Positions 10,527-21,835 are shown, numbered from the stretch's first letter. The stretch is DNA of 64,000 bases from an uncultured Flavobacteriaceae bacterium (GCA_963764285.1 CAVXSA010000014.1:49901-113900), one strand, 5' to 3'. A program made the numbers and translations. Notes: a model not told the origin generated them from the letters alone.

Positions 10527-10574
10527 GATGCAAAATTAGGACATATTCGTACAATCGAAAACAAAAGGGATGCC

Positions 10575-10614
10575 AAAAAAAAAGCTTCACAGGTTTTCAA
10601 AACCTGTGAAGCTT
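10575..10614 (-). terminator. Intrinsic terminator downstream of dnaK
   Basis: 15-bp perfect stem AAGCTTCACAGGTTT/AAACCTGTGAAGCTT, followed on the minus strand by a T-run (A-run 10575-10583 on +). Confidence 0.8.
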
Positions 10615-10655
10615 AAACTTTTCGATTGAAATCGAATTTATTTCACTTCCTCGTA

Positions 10656-10709
10656 ATAGATACTTCAACTTTAGTTTATGCTGAGCATAGCCGAAGTACT
10701 CAAGGCAGG
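10656..10709. repeat. REP/Flavo-1-like palindromic intergenic element
   Basis: TACTTC...GCTGAGCATAGCC-GAAGTA hairpin; the reverse complement of 10661-10697 matches 24172-24208 at 27/37 positions by manual alignment. Confidence 0.6.
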
Positions 10710-12629
10710 CTACTTCACCTCTTCGAAGTCGACGTCCTCTACGTTGTCGCCTTCCTTGGTGTCTCCGCTCGCATCGGCAGTATCTTCTCCACCATTGGCG
10801 GAGGGTTCACCCGGTTGCTGGGCGTCGGCCTGAGCTTTGTACATTTCTTCCGAAGCTACTTTCCAAGCTTCGTTGATTTTCTCCAAAGCGGGCGTTATCT
10901 GTGCCAAGTCTTTGCTTTCGTGGGCTTTTTTCAGCTCCTTCAGGGCCTCTTCGACCGGCTTTTTCTTGTCATCGGATAGTTTATCACCGAATTCCTTCAA
11001 TTGCTTTTCGGTCTGAAAAATCATGCTGTCGGCCTCGTTGAGCTTGTCGGCGGTTTCCTTCGCTTGTTTGTCGGATTCCGCATTCGCTTCGGCTTCGGCC
11101 TTCATCTTCTTGATTTCCTCTTCGGTCAATCCGGAAGATGCCTCGATGCGGATGTCCTGAGACTTTCCGGTCGCTTTATCGGTCGCGGAGACCTTTATGA
11201 TTCCGTTTGCATCGATATCAAAGGTAACCTCAATCTGCGGCGTACCTCGGGGTGCGGGCGGGATTCCATCAAGATGGAACCGTCCTATCGTCTTGTTGTC
11301 CGTTGCCATCGGTCTTTCACCCTGCAGGACATGTATCTCCACGGAAGGTTGATTATCCGCTGCCGTGGAAAACACCTGTGATTTCTTAGTAGGAATCGTT
11401 GTATTCGCCTCGATCAGCTTGGTCATTACGCTTCCCATGGTTTCGATACCCAAGGAAAGGGGAGTAACATCCAATAACAGTACATCTTTCACGTCTCCGG
11501 TCAATACCCCACCCTGGATCGCGGCACCAATCGCCACTACCTCATCGGGATTCACCCCTTTAGACGGTTTTTTATCGAAGAACTTTTCGACCGCTTCCTG
11601 TACGGCGGGTATCCTTGTAGAACCACCGACCAAGATAATCTGGTCGATATCGCTCTTGGATAGTCCCGCTGCCTTTAAGGCCGTTTGGCAAGGCTCGATA
11701 GTTCTCTTGACCAAATCCTCTATCAACTGCTCGAACTTTGAACGTGTCAACGTGCGCACCAAGTGCTTCGGTCCTGAGGAGGTGGCCGTTACATAAGGCA
11801 AATTGATTTCCGTTTGAGCGGAAGATGACAATTCGATTTTTGCTTTTTCAGCGGCCTCCCGCAAACGTTGCAATGCCATGGCATCTTTACGCAAGTCTAT
11901 ATCTTCATCCTTTTTAAATTCCTCGGCCAACCAATCGATAATCTTTTGATCCACATCGTCACCGCCCAAGTGCGTATCACCATCGGTGCTCAATACTTCA
12001 AAGACACCGTCACCCAATTCAAGAATGGAAACGTCATGTGTACCCCCACCGAAATCGAATACGACTACCTTTTGATCGGTATCCTTCTTATCAAGTCCGT
12101 AGGCTAACGATGCGGCCGTAGGTTCGTTGATGATGCGTTCCACCGTCAATCCCGCAATTTCACCCGCTTCCTTGGTAGCTTGGCGCTGCGAATCATTAAA
12201 GTAGGCGGGGACGGTAATCACCGCACGGGTCACATCCTGCCCCAGATAATCCTCTGCCGTTTTCTTCATCTTCTGAAGAATCATGGCGGACAGTTCTTGG
12301 GGTGTGTACTTACGATCGTCTATCACTACCCTCGGGGTATCATTATCCCCTTTGACCACTTTATAGGGCACCCTATCCGCTTCCTTCTGGGACTCGGAAT
12401 ATTTGTTGCCCATAAAACGCTTGATGGAGTATACCGTTTTTTCGGGATTCGTTACCGCCTGTCTTTTGGCGGGATCCCCTACCTTGATTTCACCGCCCTC
12501 TACAAAGGCGATGACGGACGGGGTCGTACGTTTTCCTTCCGCATTCGGGATGACCACCGGCTCGTTACCTTCCATCACGGAAACGCAGGAGTTGGTCGTA
12601 CCCAAATCTATACCTATAATCTTACTCAT
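10710..12629 (-). CDS. dnaK: Molecular chaperone DnaK (Hsp70)
   Basis: [54 protein letters not shown]-terminal EDVDFEEVK; intact 639 aa. Confidence 0.99.
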   Translation of the reverse strand: MSKIIGIDLGTTNSCVSVMEGNEPVVIPNAEGKRTTPSVIAFVEGGEIKVGDPAKRQAVTNPEKTVYSIKRFMGNKYSESQKEADRVPYKVVKGDNDTPRVVIDDRKYTPQELSAMILQKMKKTAEDYLGQDVTRAVITVPAYFNDSQRQATKEAGEIAGLTVERIINEPTAASLAYGLDKKDTDQKVVVFDFGGGTHDVSILELGDGVFEVLSTDGDTHLGGDDVDQKIIDWLAEEFKKDEDIDLRKDAMALQRLREAAEKAKIELSSSAQTEINLPYVTATSSGPKHLVRTLTRSKFEQLIEDLVKRTIEPCQTALKAAGLSKSDIDQIILVGGSTRIPAVQEAVEKFFDKKPSKGVNPDEVVAIGAAIQGGVLTGDVKDVLLLDVTPLSLGIETMGSVMTKLIEANTTIPTKKSQVFSTAADNQPSVEIHVLQGERPMATDNKTIGRFHLDGIPPAPRGTPQIEVTFDIDANGIIKVSATDKATGKSQDIRIEASSGLTEEEIKKMKAEAEANAESDKQAKETADKLNEADSMIFQTEKQLKEFGDKLSDDKKKPVEEALKELKKAHESKDLAQITPALEKINEAWKVASEEMYKAQADAQQPGEPSANGGEDTADASGDTKEGDNVEDVDFEEVK

Positions 12630-12678
12630 GCTGTATATATTTAATTAGTGTTGCTTTTCTAATTTCGATTACTAATTG

Positions 12679-12718
12679 TCAAACCTTATGCCAAGGGGGA
12701 AAAACTGACAGGATGTCA
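12679..12718 (-). promoter_or_regulatory. Sigma54-like -24/-12 box (TTGGCATAAGGTTTGA) plus palindrome TGACA-GGA-TGTCA upstream of dnaK
   Basis: TGGCA-N6-TTG spacing matches the sigma54 consensus except A for C at -12; perfect 5-bp inverted repeat at 12706-12718. Confidence 0.5.
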
Positions 12719-12890
12719 TTTGGAGGGCTGTTACCATCACAATTCTAAAATCAGATTTCAAATTCCAACATACCAGGCTACCCTATTTGATGGGGCTTTA
12801 AAAATATTTGGAATTCGGAGCTTGAATTTGGGAGTTTCTCCATTCTTTACTTTGGATAATCTATACCTTTGACAAAAGTCACAACAAAGA

Positions 12891-14319
12891 ATGGAATGCA
12901 TCAGTATTTTCGACATGCTAAAAATCGGTGTCGGGCCATCTAGCTCGCATACTCTAGGTCCGTGGCGTGCGGCGGAACGGTGGATTTCGGAGCTGAAGGG
13001 GGCGGAACTTTTTAACGAGGTCGAAAAAATCAAGGTGCATATCTATCGGATCCCTTTCGTTGACCGGAAAGGGCCATGCGACCGATTATGCCATCATGCT
13101 CGGGCTATCGGGCGCCGACCCCGTCGAGATTCCCATCACGGACATACATGGTATAGTGAAGGATATACAGAATAGGCAAATCCTGAAGTTTGGGGATGAA
13201 AGGGAATTGAAATTTAATCCCAAGGAGGATATCATTTTCCACAGGAAGTTTTTGGAATTTCATGCTAACGGACTGCAATTCGAGGCGACCTTAGCATCCG
13301 GAAAGACCAAATCACAAACCTACTACTCCATTGGGGGAGGATTCGTAGTAGTCAAAGAGCGAAAGAACGCCAAGCGAAAGAAAGCGACTTTTGACAGCTT
13401 TCCCTTTCCGGTTCAAAACGGAAAGGAACTTCTGGCCAGTTGTAAGGCCGAAGACACATCCATTTCAGAACTGGTTTTGGCCAACGAGCGTTCGTTGCGA
13501 AGCGACGCTGAAATAGATGCCAAAATCCAAAAGATCTGGGATACCATGTTGGAATGCATGTATCTGGGCTGCCATACCGATGGCGAGCTTCCGGGAGGAC
13601 TCAACGTGCACCGCCGCGCCTATGATATCAATAAATCGATGCTGGGGACCGACTTTGAATATGAAACGCCTCAACATTGGCTGGAAACCATTCGCAACAC
13701 CGAGGTAAAATTCCGGCAAATCCTAAAATGGGTCAGCTGTTTTGCCCTTGCCGTAAACGAGGTCAATGCTTCGTTGGGGCGGGTCGTTACTGCCCCGACC
13801 AACGGCAGCGCGGGGGTGATTCCAGCCGTACTGATGTACTATTTGGTCATCGAAAACCACGAGTCGGATTTCAAGCACATCAAACAATTTCTGCTGGTCG
13901 CCGGTGAAATCGGAAGTATATTTAAAAAGGGGGCGACCATTTCCGCGGCCATGGGAGGTTGCCAGGCCGAGATCGGAGTTTCCTCCGCCATGGCTGCAGG
14001 TGCCCTTACCGAGCTTCTGGGTGGCTCGCCTGCTCAGGTATTGATGGCTGCTGAAATTGCGATGGAACATCATTTGGGCCTAACCTGCGATCCCGTTGGC
14101 GGTCTTGTTCAAATACCCTGTATCGAACGCAACTCCATGGGTGCCGTCAAGGCGATCAACGCCGCCGAACTAGCGTTCGGTTCCGACCCAGAGGAGGCCA
14201 AGGTGTCGTTGGATAAGGTCGTCGAAACCATGTGGGCGACAGCCAAGGATATGAGCTCGAAATACAAGGAGACATCCGAGGGCGGCTTGGCCGTGGGAAT
14301 CAATATGAGCGATTGTTAG
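12891..14319 (+). CDS. sdaA: L-serine ammonia-lyase (Fe-S, single chain); one frameshift near 13047
   Basis: [82 protein letters not shown] promoter at 12864-12871. Confidence 0.93.
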
Positions 14320-14322
14320 CCC

Positions 14323-15265
14323 CTACTCCACTCTCGGCGTAACTACAAACTTGCGAAAGGAAATAGGCCCATGATCGCCCTGGATCATAAACGGTCCCGG
14401 TTCCCCTTCTTTGCTATCGAGCGCACCACCGGTAATTCCCGGGATGTTCTGGTTTTGAATGATGGTTTTGCCATTGGCCACAATGGTCACCCGGCGGCCG
14501 ATCAGACTGATGTCATAGGTCTGCCATTCGCTGGCGGGGTTGGCTGCCATTTCGTTCGGGCTCAAAAATCCATAGACCCCACCAAAGAGTACGTTGCTGG
14601 GCTCGTGGCCGTAATCATCGGTTATTTGCACCTCATAACGACCCCGAAGATATACACCACTGTTGCTGCCCGGCGGCACCTTGAACTCTACATGCAGTTT
14701 AAAATCCTTGAATTCCTGTTCGGAGACCAGGTTGGCGCCGGATTCGGGACTCTTTAAGATACCATCCTCAACGACCCACTGGTTTTTTTCGCCCATAGCT
14801 TTCCATCCTTCCAAATTTTTACCGTTGAACAGTCGGATGGTTTTGCCCCATTTAGGATTTTCGGTGTAGGAAAGTTTGGGTGCGCGTGTACCCGTCCAGT
14901 GATAGGTTTTTCCATCGGTGTATAAGAAGGTACCTTCCAGTTTTTCCCCTTTCAATTCTCCTTCGAACTCTAAATCCGCATCGGCATCTTCCCATTGCGG
15001 AGGGATGGTAAAATTGAAACACTCGTCGTTCACATTGATTTCCGATATCGGGCGGGCACTGCCGTTCGCATACACGAAACGCCCTACCAAGGTGTGCAGC
15101 CCTGAATGCTTAATTTCTAACCAAGATGGCAGTTGCCCACCGTCTTTTTCGAGCACCAGATCCCATTTACCTTCCAGCGGATTGCCTTCCTGGCCCCATA
15201 CGCTGTGATAGCATGGCTAAAAATACAGTTAAAATGAGAAGATGTGATTTCAGATTGTGTTTCAT
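14323..15265 (-). CDS. DUF1080 / 3-keto-disaccharide hydrolase-like secreted protein; frameshift in the signal region
   Basis: LFNGKNLEGW, FKDFKLHVEFK..GSNSGVYLRGRYEVQI, EWQTYDI, IQGDHGPISFRK. Signal peptide from ATG 15265 is in another frame. Confidence 0.85.
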
Positions 15266-15431
15266 GTTAAGAGGTTTTGATTTCAAGGGTTAAATATAAG
15301 AAATCAAACCACCATCAATATCTTTTTATAAAAATTTTGCATCTCCGCTCAAATAGGTACGGGAAATCTGCAGTTCCATTATTTTCATTAACTTTAGCAC
15401 TTGCAAAGTTTCATTCAAATTAAAAAATAAC

Positions 15432-16898
15432 ATGAAGGATAAAAAAGAAAGTCCCTCGAGTACTTCCCGTAGGGCGTTTGTCAAAAAAGGAGCCTTGGCC
15501 TCTTCCATTTTTATCGTACCCCGGCACGTGTTGGGTGGCGTCGGCTATATGGCACCCAGTGACCGTCTGAACCTCGCGGCTATCGGTGCGGGCGGAAAAG
15601 GGGCCAGCGATATCAGGAACGCTTCCGTAGATGGGCGGGAAAAAGTGGTTGCGCTTTGCGATGTCGATTTTCAAGGGTCGGCCAAAGCCTCCGTCGAGCG
15701 GTTTCCCAAAGCGAAAAAATATTCCGATTACCGCGAAATGCTGGACAAAGAAAAAGGTATCGATGCCGTAACCATCTCCACTCCTGATCATGTGCACGCC
15801 CCGGCAGCGTCTTATGCCATGCAACGCGGAAAGCACGTGTACGTACAGAAACCCATGACGCACAACATTCACGAGGCCCGGACCCTTACCCAAATGGCAC
15901 GGGACAACAAAATCGTCAGTCAAATGGGCAACCAGGGCGGCTCTAACCCGCTTTTGGACCTAGTGCAAAAATGGATCGATGAGGATAAGATCGGTCCCGT
16001 ATCTAAGGTAAAGATATGGACGAACCGGCCCGTATGGCCCCAAGGCTATGCCATGCCCGATCCCGATCCGAGCCTAAAACCTCCTTCGCTCGATTGGAAC
16101 CTTTGGCTCGGTCCCGCCGAGAAAAAGCCTTACATCCCCAATTTGCACCCGTTCAGCTGGCGAGGCTGGTGGGATTATGGTACGGGAGCCCTTGGAGATG
16201 TCGGTTGTCATTTAATCGATATTCCCTTCCGTACCTTGAACCTAAAATATCCTACGGGAGCGGAATGTAGCGTCGGGGCAGTGTATTCGAAGATGTGGAC
16301 TGCCGACTACCATCCTGACGGTTGCCCGGCATCCTCCTTTATCACTTTGAATTTTGATGCCACGGAAAAATCCAAAACTCCTTTCGAGATGACCTGGAGC
16401 GATGGAGGCATCCGCCCATCCCATCCCGATATTATACCGGCTGATGATGACATAGGTGGTGAGGACGGCCAGAATGGGGTCATGATCATGGGCGAAAAGG
16501 GCATCATCTCTACCAACATCAACGACAGTTCTCCCTTAATGCCCAAACTGTACCTGAACGATGGCACTACAGAATTCGGACCACAAACCGAACCGAACCT
16601 CGAGCCCGAATATGGACATCAACGTAAATGGGTCGACGCCTGCAAGGCCGGTTTCGGCAGTGAGGAACACAAGGCCCTGACCTCTTCGTTCGATTACGCG
16701 GGACCTATGACGGAAACCGTGCTTATGGGTAATCTCGCCATTCGCAGCTATCTCTTGCGAAGGGAAAACGAGAAAGGTAACATGGAGTTTTTCGGGCGTA
16801 AAAAATTGTTGTGGGACGGTGAGAACATGCGAATCACCAACCTTGAAGAGGCCAACCAGTTCGTGACTCGCGAACATCGGGATGGCTGGGAGGTATAG
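15432..16898 (+). CDS. Gfo/Idh/MocA-family oxidoreductase with Tat signal
   Basis: SRRAFVKK Tat motif; IGAGGKG Rossmann fold; STPDHVHA, HVYVQKP, WRGWWDYGTGALGDVGCH. Confidence 0.92.
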   Translation: MKDKKESPSSTSRRAFVKKGALASSIFIVPRHVLGGVGYMAPSDRLNLAAIGAGGKGASDIRNASVDGREKVVALCDVDFQGSAKASVERFPKAKKYSDYREMLDKEKGIDAVTISTPDHVHAPAASYAMQRGKHVYVQKPMTHNIHEARTLTQMARDNKIVSQMGNQGGSNPLLDLVQKWIDEDKIGPVSKVKIWTNRPVWPQGYAMPDPDPSLKPPSLDWNLWLGPAEKKPYIPNLHPFSWRGWWDYGTGALGDVGCHLIDIPFRTLNLKYPTGAECSVGAVYSKMWTADYHPDGCPASSFITLNFDATEKSKTPFEMTWSDGGIRPSHPDIIPADDDIGGEDGQNGVMIMGEKGIISTNINDSSPLMPKLYLNDGTTEFGPQTEPNLEPEYGHQRKWVDACKAGFGSEEHKALTSSFDYAGPMTETVLMGNLAIRSYLLRRENEKGNMEFFGRKKLLWDGENMRITNLEEANQFVTREHRDGWEV

Positions 16899-17018
16899 CA
16901 ATTTGTTGCCTGCAATTTTCAGAATTTATTGGAGTAGTATCTCAAAATTTGTTCCCCATTCGGTTCCACAGGCTTATTGCTATAAGCGAATCATATAAGG
17001 GAAAATAAATGGAAAGAT

Positions 17019-17930
17019 ATGAAAATTCTTGAGGAATATCAGCGCACCAGAGATTTGCTCTTTGAGAGTATCGGCATAAATCCACTATCAAATTTTATTG
17101 CTACGGATGGGCCGATAAAAAATGCACATTACCTAGAAATGGGTTCGGGAAAACCCCTGATTCTTATACATGGGGGTGGTAGTCATTCGAGCGAGTGGTA
17201 TAGTATTTTAAAACCATTATCTGCGTATTTTCATTTGTATGTTGTAGATAGACCAGGTTGTGGGCTGTCGGATAGTATCAATTATAGGGGTGTGGACCTT
17301 CAAAAAAGTGCTGTCGATTTTGTCCGTTCTGTAATGGATGCTTTAAATCTAAAGAGGGCTCTGGTTGTCGGACAATCGATGGGAGGCTATTTTGGTATCT
17401 GTTTTGCGCTGCAGTTTCCCCATAGGGTAGATAAGCTGTTACTGATAGGTGCACCGGCCGGAATGAATCGCTGGATTCCTCCCATCTTACGACTTTTGGG
17501 AACGAAAGTAGTTAACAGGTTCTTGACTGCGACCGTAGGGCGACCAAGCCTTAAAAATCTAAAGAAAATACACCAAAAGTTACTTGTTGCGAATTTGGCA
17601 AACGTATCGGGCGACTATTTGGTACACACCCATTACGGCCAGCTGCTACCAGGGTATAAGACCGGCTTCCTAAGCTTGTTGGAGAACGCCCTAAATTTGA
17701 CCGGATGGCGGAAAGAACTTTATATCGGGGACCAACTGCATCGACTAGAGGTTCCGGTTCGGTTTATTTGGGGAGATCATGATGCTTTTGAAAGTCCCGA
17801 AACCGGGAAACAAAAAGCCTTGGCCATTTCTGATCAACAGTTTATCACTGTTGAAAATGCGGGACATTGTCCTTGGCTTGATCAGCCTGAAAAATGTGCC
17901 GATTGGTTAATACGCATGCTAACCGATTAG
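17019..17930 (+). CDS. Alpha/beta-fold hydrolase
   Basis: [22 protein letters not shown] nucleophile elbow, [13 protein letters not shown]. Confidence 0.88.
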   Translation: MKILEEYQRTRDLLFESIGINPLSNFIATDGPIKNAHYLEMGSGKPLILIHGGGSHSSEWYSILKPLSAYFHLYVVDRPGCGLSDSINYRGVDLQKSAVDFVRSVMDALNLKRALVVGQSMGGYFGICFALQFPHRVDKLLLIGAPAGMNRWIPPILRLLGTKVVNRFLTATVGRPSLKNLKKIHQKLLVANLANVSGDYLVHTHYGQLLPGYKTGFLSLLENALNLTGWRKELYIGDQLHRLEVPVRFIWGDHDAFESPETGKQKALAISDQQFITVENAGHCPWLDQPEKCADWLIRMLTD

Positions 17931-18052
17931 GTTTTTTCGGGCCTTTAGATTTCCGCGGTGTAAACAAACGATATTCACAACTCCGTGCTTACCTGAACCA
18001 ATTTACTTACATTTATCCCTGCAAAAATCAACTATACAAAACAACCGATCAA

Positions 18053-18871
18053 ATGTCCACCGCAAAAAAGGAGTATAAAAGGGTTACGGTAAAATCCCTC
18101 GTGGAAATGAAAAAGAACGGGGAGAAAATCTCCATGTTGACGGCCTACGATTATTCTATGGCGAAAATTGTGGATTCTGCTAAGGTTGATGTCATTCTAG
18201 TGGGCGATTCCGCGAGCAACGTTATGGCCGGCCACGAGACAACTTTACCAATTACCTTGGACCAGATGATATATCACGCCACATCTGTAATCCGTGGCGT
18301 AGAAAGGGCATTGGTCGTCGTAGATATTCCTTTTGGAAGCTATCAAAGCGATCCCAAAGAGGCTTTGCGTTCCGCGATACGGATCATGAAGGAAAGCGGG
18401 GCACATGCTGTCAAACTGGAAGGCGGGTTTGAAATCAAAGAATCCGTAAAGCGTATCTTGAAAGCGGGCATACCTGTGATGGGCCATTTGGGGCTTACCC
18501 CACAGTCCATCTACAAATTCGGTACCTACAGCGTTCGCGCCAAGGAAGAAGAAGAAGCGGATAAATTAATGGAAGACGCCCATCTTCTGGAAAAATTGGG
18601 ATGCTTCGCAATCGTATTGGAAAAAATTCCCGCCGCCCTGACCAAAAAGGTCTCGGATAGCCTGTCTATACCCACTATCGGCATAGGGGGTGGCAAACAT
18701 GCGGACGGCCAGGTTTTGGTCATACACGATTTGTTGGGGATGACGCACGAGTTTAACCCTCGGTTTCTTAGGCGGTATATGAACTTATATGAAGATATGG
18801 GCAATGCCATCTCAAAATATGTAGCTGATGTCAAGGGAAGGGATTTTCCCAGCGAGGAGGAACAGTATTAA
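18053..18871 (+). CDS. panB: 3-methyl-2-oxobutanoate hydroxymethyltransferase
   Basis: [36 protein letters not shown]. Start re-set to ATG 18053. Confidence 0.97.
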   Translation: MSTAKKEYKRVTVKSLVEMKKNGEKISMLTAYDYSMAKIVDSAKVDVILVGDSASNVMAGHETTLPITLDQMIYHATSVIRGVERALVVVDIPFGSYQSDPKEALRSAIRIMKESGAHAVKLEGGFEIKESVKRILKAGIPVMGHLGLTPQSIYKFGTYSVRAKEEEEADKLMEDAHLLEKLGCFAIVLEKIPAALTKKVSDSLSIPTIGIGGGKHADGQVLVIHDLLGMTHEFNPRFLRRYMNLYEDMGNAISKYVADVKGRDFPSEEEQY

Positions 18872-18950
18872 ATTTCCAAGCCCCGAGAATTCCTCATGTG
18901 GAAGTGGGTCAATGTACCGATTGGTGAATTTGAAAAATTAAAACGGAAAG

Positions 18951-19436
18951 ATGATAAAAAGGATCGTTATTTTCCTATTGGTCCTATTGAATATTGGATG
19001 CGATCAGCTTTCCAAGCAACTCGTCCGTAAGAATGTGGATCACGAAGAATTTATTCCGGTCATAGGCGAGCATTTAATTCTGACAAAGGTCGAGAACACG
19101 GGCGCAATGATGGGCTGGGGACAGAGCCTCCCTCCTATTCTAAAAATAGTCTTTCTTCAGGCGATTCCGATTATCGTTTTGCTAGTATTATTATTCCGTA
19201 TCCTTTGGAAAACAAATATGGACAAATGGCTGATTTTGGCTTTTGCCTTGGTCATCGGTGGCGGTATTGGTAATCTTATGGACCGAATCGCATATGGTTC
19301 GGTAACGGATTTTTTTATAATCAAACTGGGCCTGTTTAAAACGGGCATCTTCAATATGGCCGATGTTTCGGTTACTACGGGCGTTTTGTTGCTATTGCTT
19401 CTTTCCTTAAGGAGTAAAAAATCGGCGATAGAGTGA
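18951..19436 (+). CDS. lspA: Lipoprotein signal peptidase II
   Basis: DQLSK, NTGAM, GGGIGNLMDR, VTDF, IFNMADV motifs. Confidence 0.92.
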   Translation: MIKRIVIFLLVLLNIGCDQLSKQLVRKNVDHEEFIPVIGEHLILTKVENTGAMMGWGQSLPPILKIVFLQAIPIIVLLVLLFRILWKTNMDKWLILAFALVIGGGIGNLMDRIAYGSVTDFFIIKLGLFKTGIFNMADVSVTTGVLLLLLLSLRSKKSAIE

Positions 19437-20131
19437 ATAAAATCCTCCATTCAAACCCGCAAAATCTTCAATTGCTCTACGAGGACAACCATTTGATCGT
19501 GGTCAATAAGAGACCTGGGGACATTGTACAGGGCGACAAGACCGGGGATATGCCCCTAAGCGAGGTTGTAAAATTATTCCTCAAGGAAAAATACGACAAA
19601 CCCGGCAACGTGTATCTGGGGGTTCCACATCGATTGGACCGCCCTACCTCCGGTATCGTACTATTCGCCAAAACCTCGAAGGTTCTGCCGCGCCTGAACA
19701 AGCTGTTCGCCGAGAAAAATGCCCAAAAGGTCTATTGGGCGGTGGTAAAAAATCCGCCACCCAAAGAAACGGATACCTTGGTACATTGGCTCAAACGCAA
19801 CCCGAAACAGAATAAATCCTATGCCCACCATAAAGAGGTCTCCGATAGCAAAAAAGCGACCCTTTCTTATCGGATGCTACAAAAGCTGGATAATTACTTT
19901 TTACTTGAAATTGATCTGGAAACCGGTCGCCACCACCAGATAAGGGCGCAGCTGGCCGCTATCGGATGTCCCATCAAGGGGGATCTGAAATACGGCTTTG
20001 ACCGCAGCAACAAAGATGGTAGCATCCATCTTCATGCCCGAAGCCTCAGCTTTATCCATCCGGTAAAAAAGAAACCCTTAGAAATAATAGCACCACCGCC
20101 CCAGGATCCGATTTGGAACGCGTGTCGGTAA
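19433..20131 (+). CDS. RluA-family pseudouridine synthase
   Basis: YEDNHLIVVNK, HRLDRPTSG (catalytic Asp), TGRHHQIRAQL, GDLKYG, LHARSL. Confidence 0.93.
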   Translation: MNKILHSNPQNLQLLYEDNHLIVVNKRPGDIVQGDKTGDMPLSEVVKLFLKEKYDKPGNVYLGVPHRLDRPTSGIVLFAKTSKVLPRLNKLFAEKNAQKVYWAVVKNPPPKETDTLVHWLKRNPKQNKSYAHHKEVSDSKKATLSYRMLQKLDNYFLLEIDLETGRHHQIRAQLAAIGCPIKGDLKYGFDRSNKDGSIHLHARSLSFIHPVKKKPLEIIAPPPQDPIWNACR

Positions 20132-20141
20132 AGGGGGATGG

Positions 20142-21686
20142 TCACCGAATGGTCTCCATGGCCTTTTCCCTGATAATTTCCGCTACGGGCCGATTCTCCA
20201 AATGGCTTTCCAGCCACGAAATAATATCCAGGTACAGGAAGGCACGCTTCTCATAGGGATGGTCCTCATACCTTTTGAGTTCGGTATGCAATTTTTGGAA
20301 TTCGTTTTTTAGTTCGTGGGGGTAAATGTTCCCCAGATTCCGCAAAAACTTGATCATTTCCTTTTGAACGGCATGCAGGTCGTTCATTTTCAGAAGGAAT
20401 TTGTAGGTGCTTTTCAATTGTATTTCCAGATGGTAGTCCATACCCGCCTCGTAGTGCGCCACTAGGCTCAAAACCCGGGCAAAGCACATCAGGTCTTCCC
20501 GCATTTTCAGGTTTTTGTTGTTGATGATTTTTTTCAGGTATTGTATGCAGGTCTTGTTGTCGCCGATACCAAAATAGAGACAGGCAATCTTGTAGTAGAG
20601 TACCATAATGTGATGGGCATCGATGCGGTCTTTGTGCTTGTTGATACCGTATTCGACGATCTTGACCAGATAGAGTCCCTTTTTGAACGTACCTTCCAAA
20701 AAATGCAGGTTCAATTTATTGGCGTTGATATAGAGAAAGGTCAAAGAGGCGATGTTGTCATTTTTGGGAAATGCCTTACTGCCGACGACTTTTTCAAGTT
20801 GTTCAAGTGTTTGTTTAAATTGTGAGGCATATTTTACATAGAATAAGGATTCCAGTAAATAATGATTTCCCTTCAAAAAGAAAACGGGATTCAGGTATAT
20901 CTGATCTTTTTGTTCGTAAAACAGATCCACCCATTTACTCGCATATTTATAAGTGGAAAGAAAATCCTGGATTAAAAAACTATACCATAGATGTGCCTTG
21001 TAGAGCCATAATTTTTCGCGAAACCCCAGATCCCCGATTCGATATTTTGGCAAGTGGGCGTCGAAATAGTCCTTTACCCTTACATAATCCTCATCACTGC
21101 GCACATAGCCTACCTTTAACATTTGCCCATACAGTTGAAGCGAAAGGTTGGAGAGTTTGCTGGTCATAACGTTTTGGGCGGAAAGTTCTTTCGCCTGCAC
21201 GGCCAGTTCGTCTGCCCTGTCGGGAATACTGCGCGTGATATACTGGGTTTCGATGATTTTTTCTAGCTCGACAATTTCGTAGGCAATGTTCTTCTCCTCG
21301 TTTTCAATGGCGGTGGATTTGGCCTTATCCAGAATCTTCAAACTCTGTTTGTAGAGTCCCTTTTGATAGAGTATCGTGGCAAAATCCAACTGCTCCCGAA
21401 TTTGAACCCGGATGGTCTGGTTAACGGGATTCAACCGCAGGCTTACCAAGATTTGTTTATAGAGATGGGCCTTCAAGTTGGATAACTGCGCTTTCTTGAC
21501 GATTCCGCTCCCTAAAATCGTTTTTTCGTCGTATTTGTTGATTTTGTCCATCAAGTTGAACAGGGCCAAAAATTTGGCATCCGTATTTACCCCCAAGCGT
21601 CCGACATAGAGTTTAAATTGACGTTTCTCCGATTTCGAAAGGGATTTCACCAGAACGAACAAGGCATCCCTATGCGCATTTGTCAT
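20142..21686 (-). CDS. Conserved all-helical (TPR-like) cytoplasmic hypothetical protein
   Basis: 514-aa intact ORF, no signal peptide, amphipathic helices with TPR-like spacing; divergent from leuA. Confidence 0.8.
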   Translation of the reverse strand: MTNAHRDALFVLVKSLSKSEKRQFKLYVGRLGVNTDAKFLALFNLMDKINKYDEKTILGSGIVKKAQLSNLKAHLYKQILVSLRLNPVNQTIRVQIREQLDFATILYQKGLYKQSLKILDKAKSTAIENEEKNIAYEIVELEKIIETQYITRSIPDRADELAVQAKELSAQNVMTSKLSNLSLQLYGQMLKVGYVRSDEDYVRVKDYFDAHLPKYRIGDLGFREKLWLYKAHLWYSFLIQDFLSTYKYASKWVDLFYEQKDQIYLNPVFFLKGNHYLLESLFYVKYASQFKQTLEQLEKVVGSKAFPKNDNIASLTFLYINANKLNLHFLEGTFKKGLYLVKIVEYGINKHKDRIDAHHIMVLYYKIACLYFGIGDNKTCIQYLKKIINNKNLKMREDLMCFARVLSLVAHYEAGMDYHLEIQLKSTYKFLLKMNDLHAVQKEMIKFLRNLGNIYPHELKNEFQKLHTELKRYEDHPYEKRAFLYLDIISWLESHLENRPVAEIIREKAMETIR

Positions 21687-21835
21687 CGTAATAATAATAG
21701 TTTAAATGGTTGTATTTCAATGGTTTGAGCAATCCTAAAACGGCCTTGACGTTGTACTAATCCCTGGGGCGATAGTTCGTCTGCCGTATTCGTCTTATAT
21801 TCGTACGAATCGATTGACTAAAGTACACAATTATA

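Noticed and set aside
10626-12648. Several long + strand ORFs antisense to dnaK
   Set aside because: Shadow frames of a highly conserved, codon-biased gene with no recognisable motifs. The same applies to antisense ORFs over pheT, icd, ABC-F and dsbD.
17894-18052. N-terminal extensions in the ORF track for panB, and likewise fsa, purB, the uxuA-like and gudD-like genes, the thioesterase and the second S41
   Set aside because: The extensions overlap neighbouring genes or promoters; family homology starts at the downstream start codons used above.
18951-19436. lspA away from ileS as a novel arrangement
   Set aside because: Multiple or relocated lspA copies are unremarkable, and copy number cannot be judged from this window.
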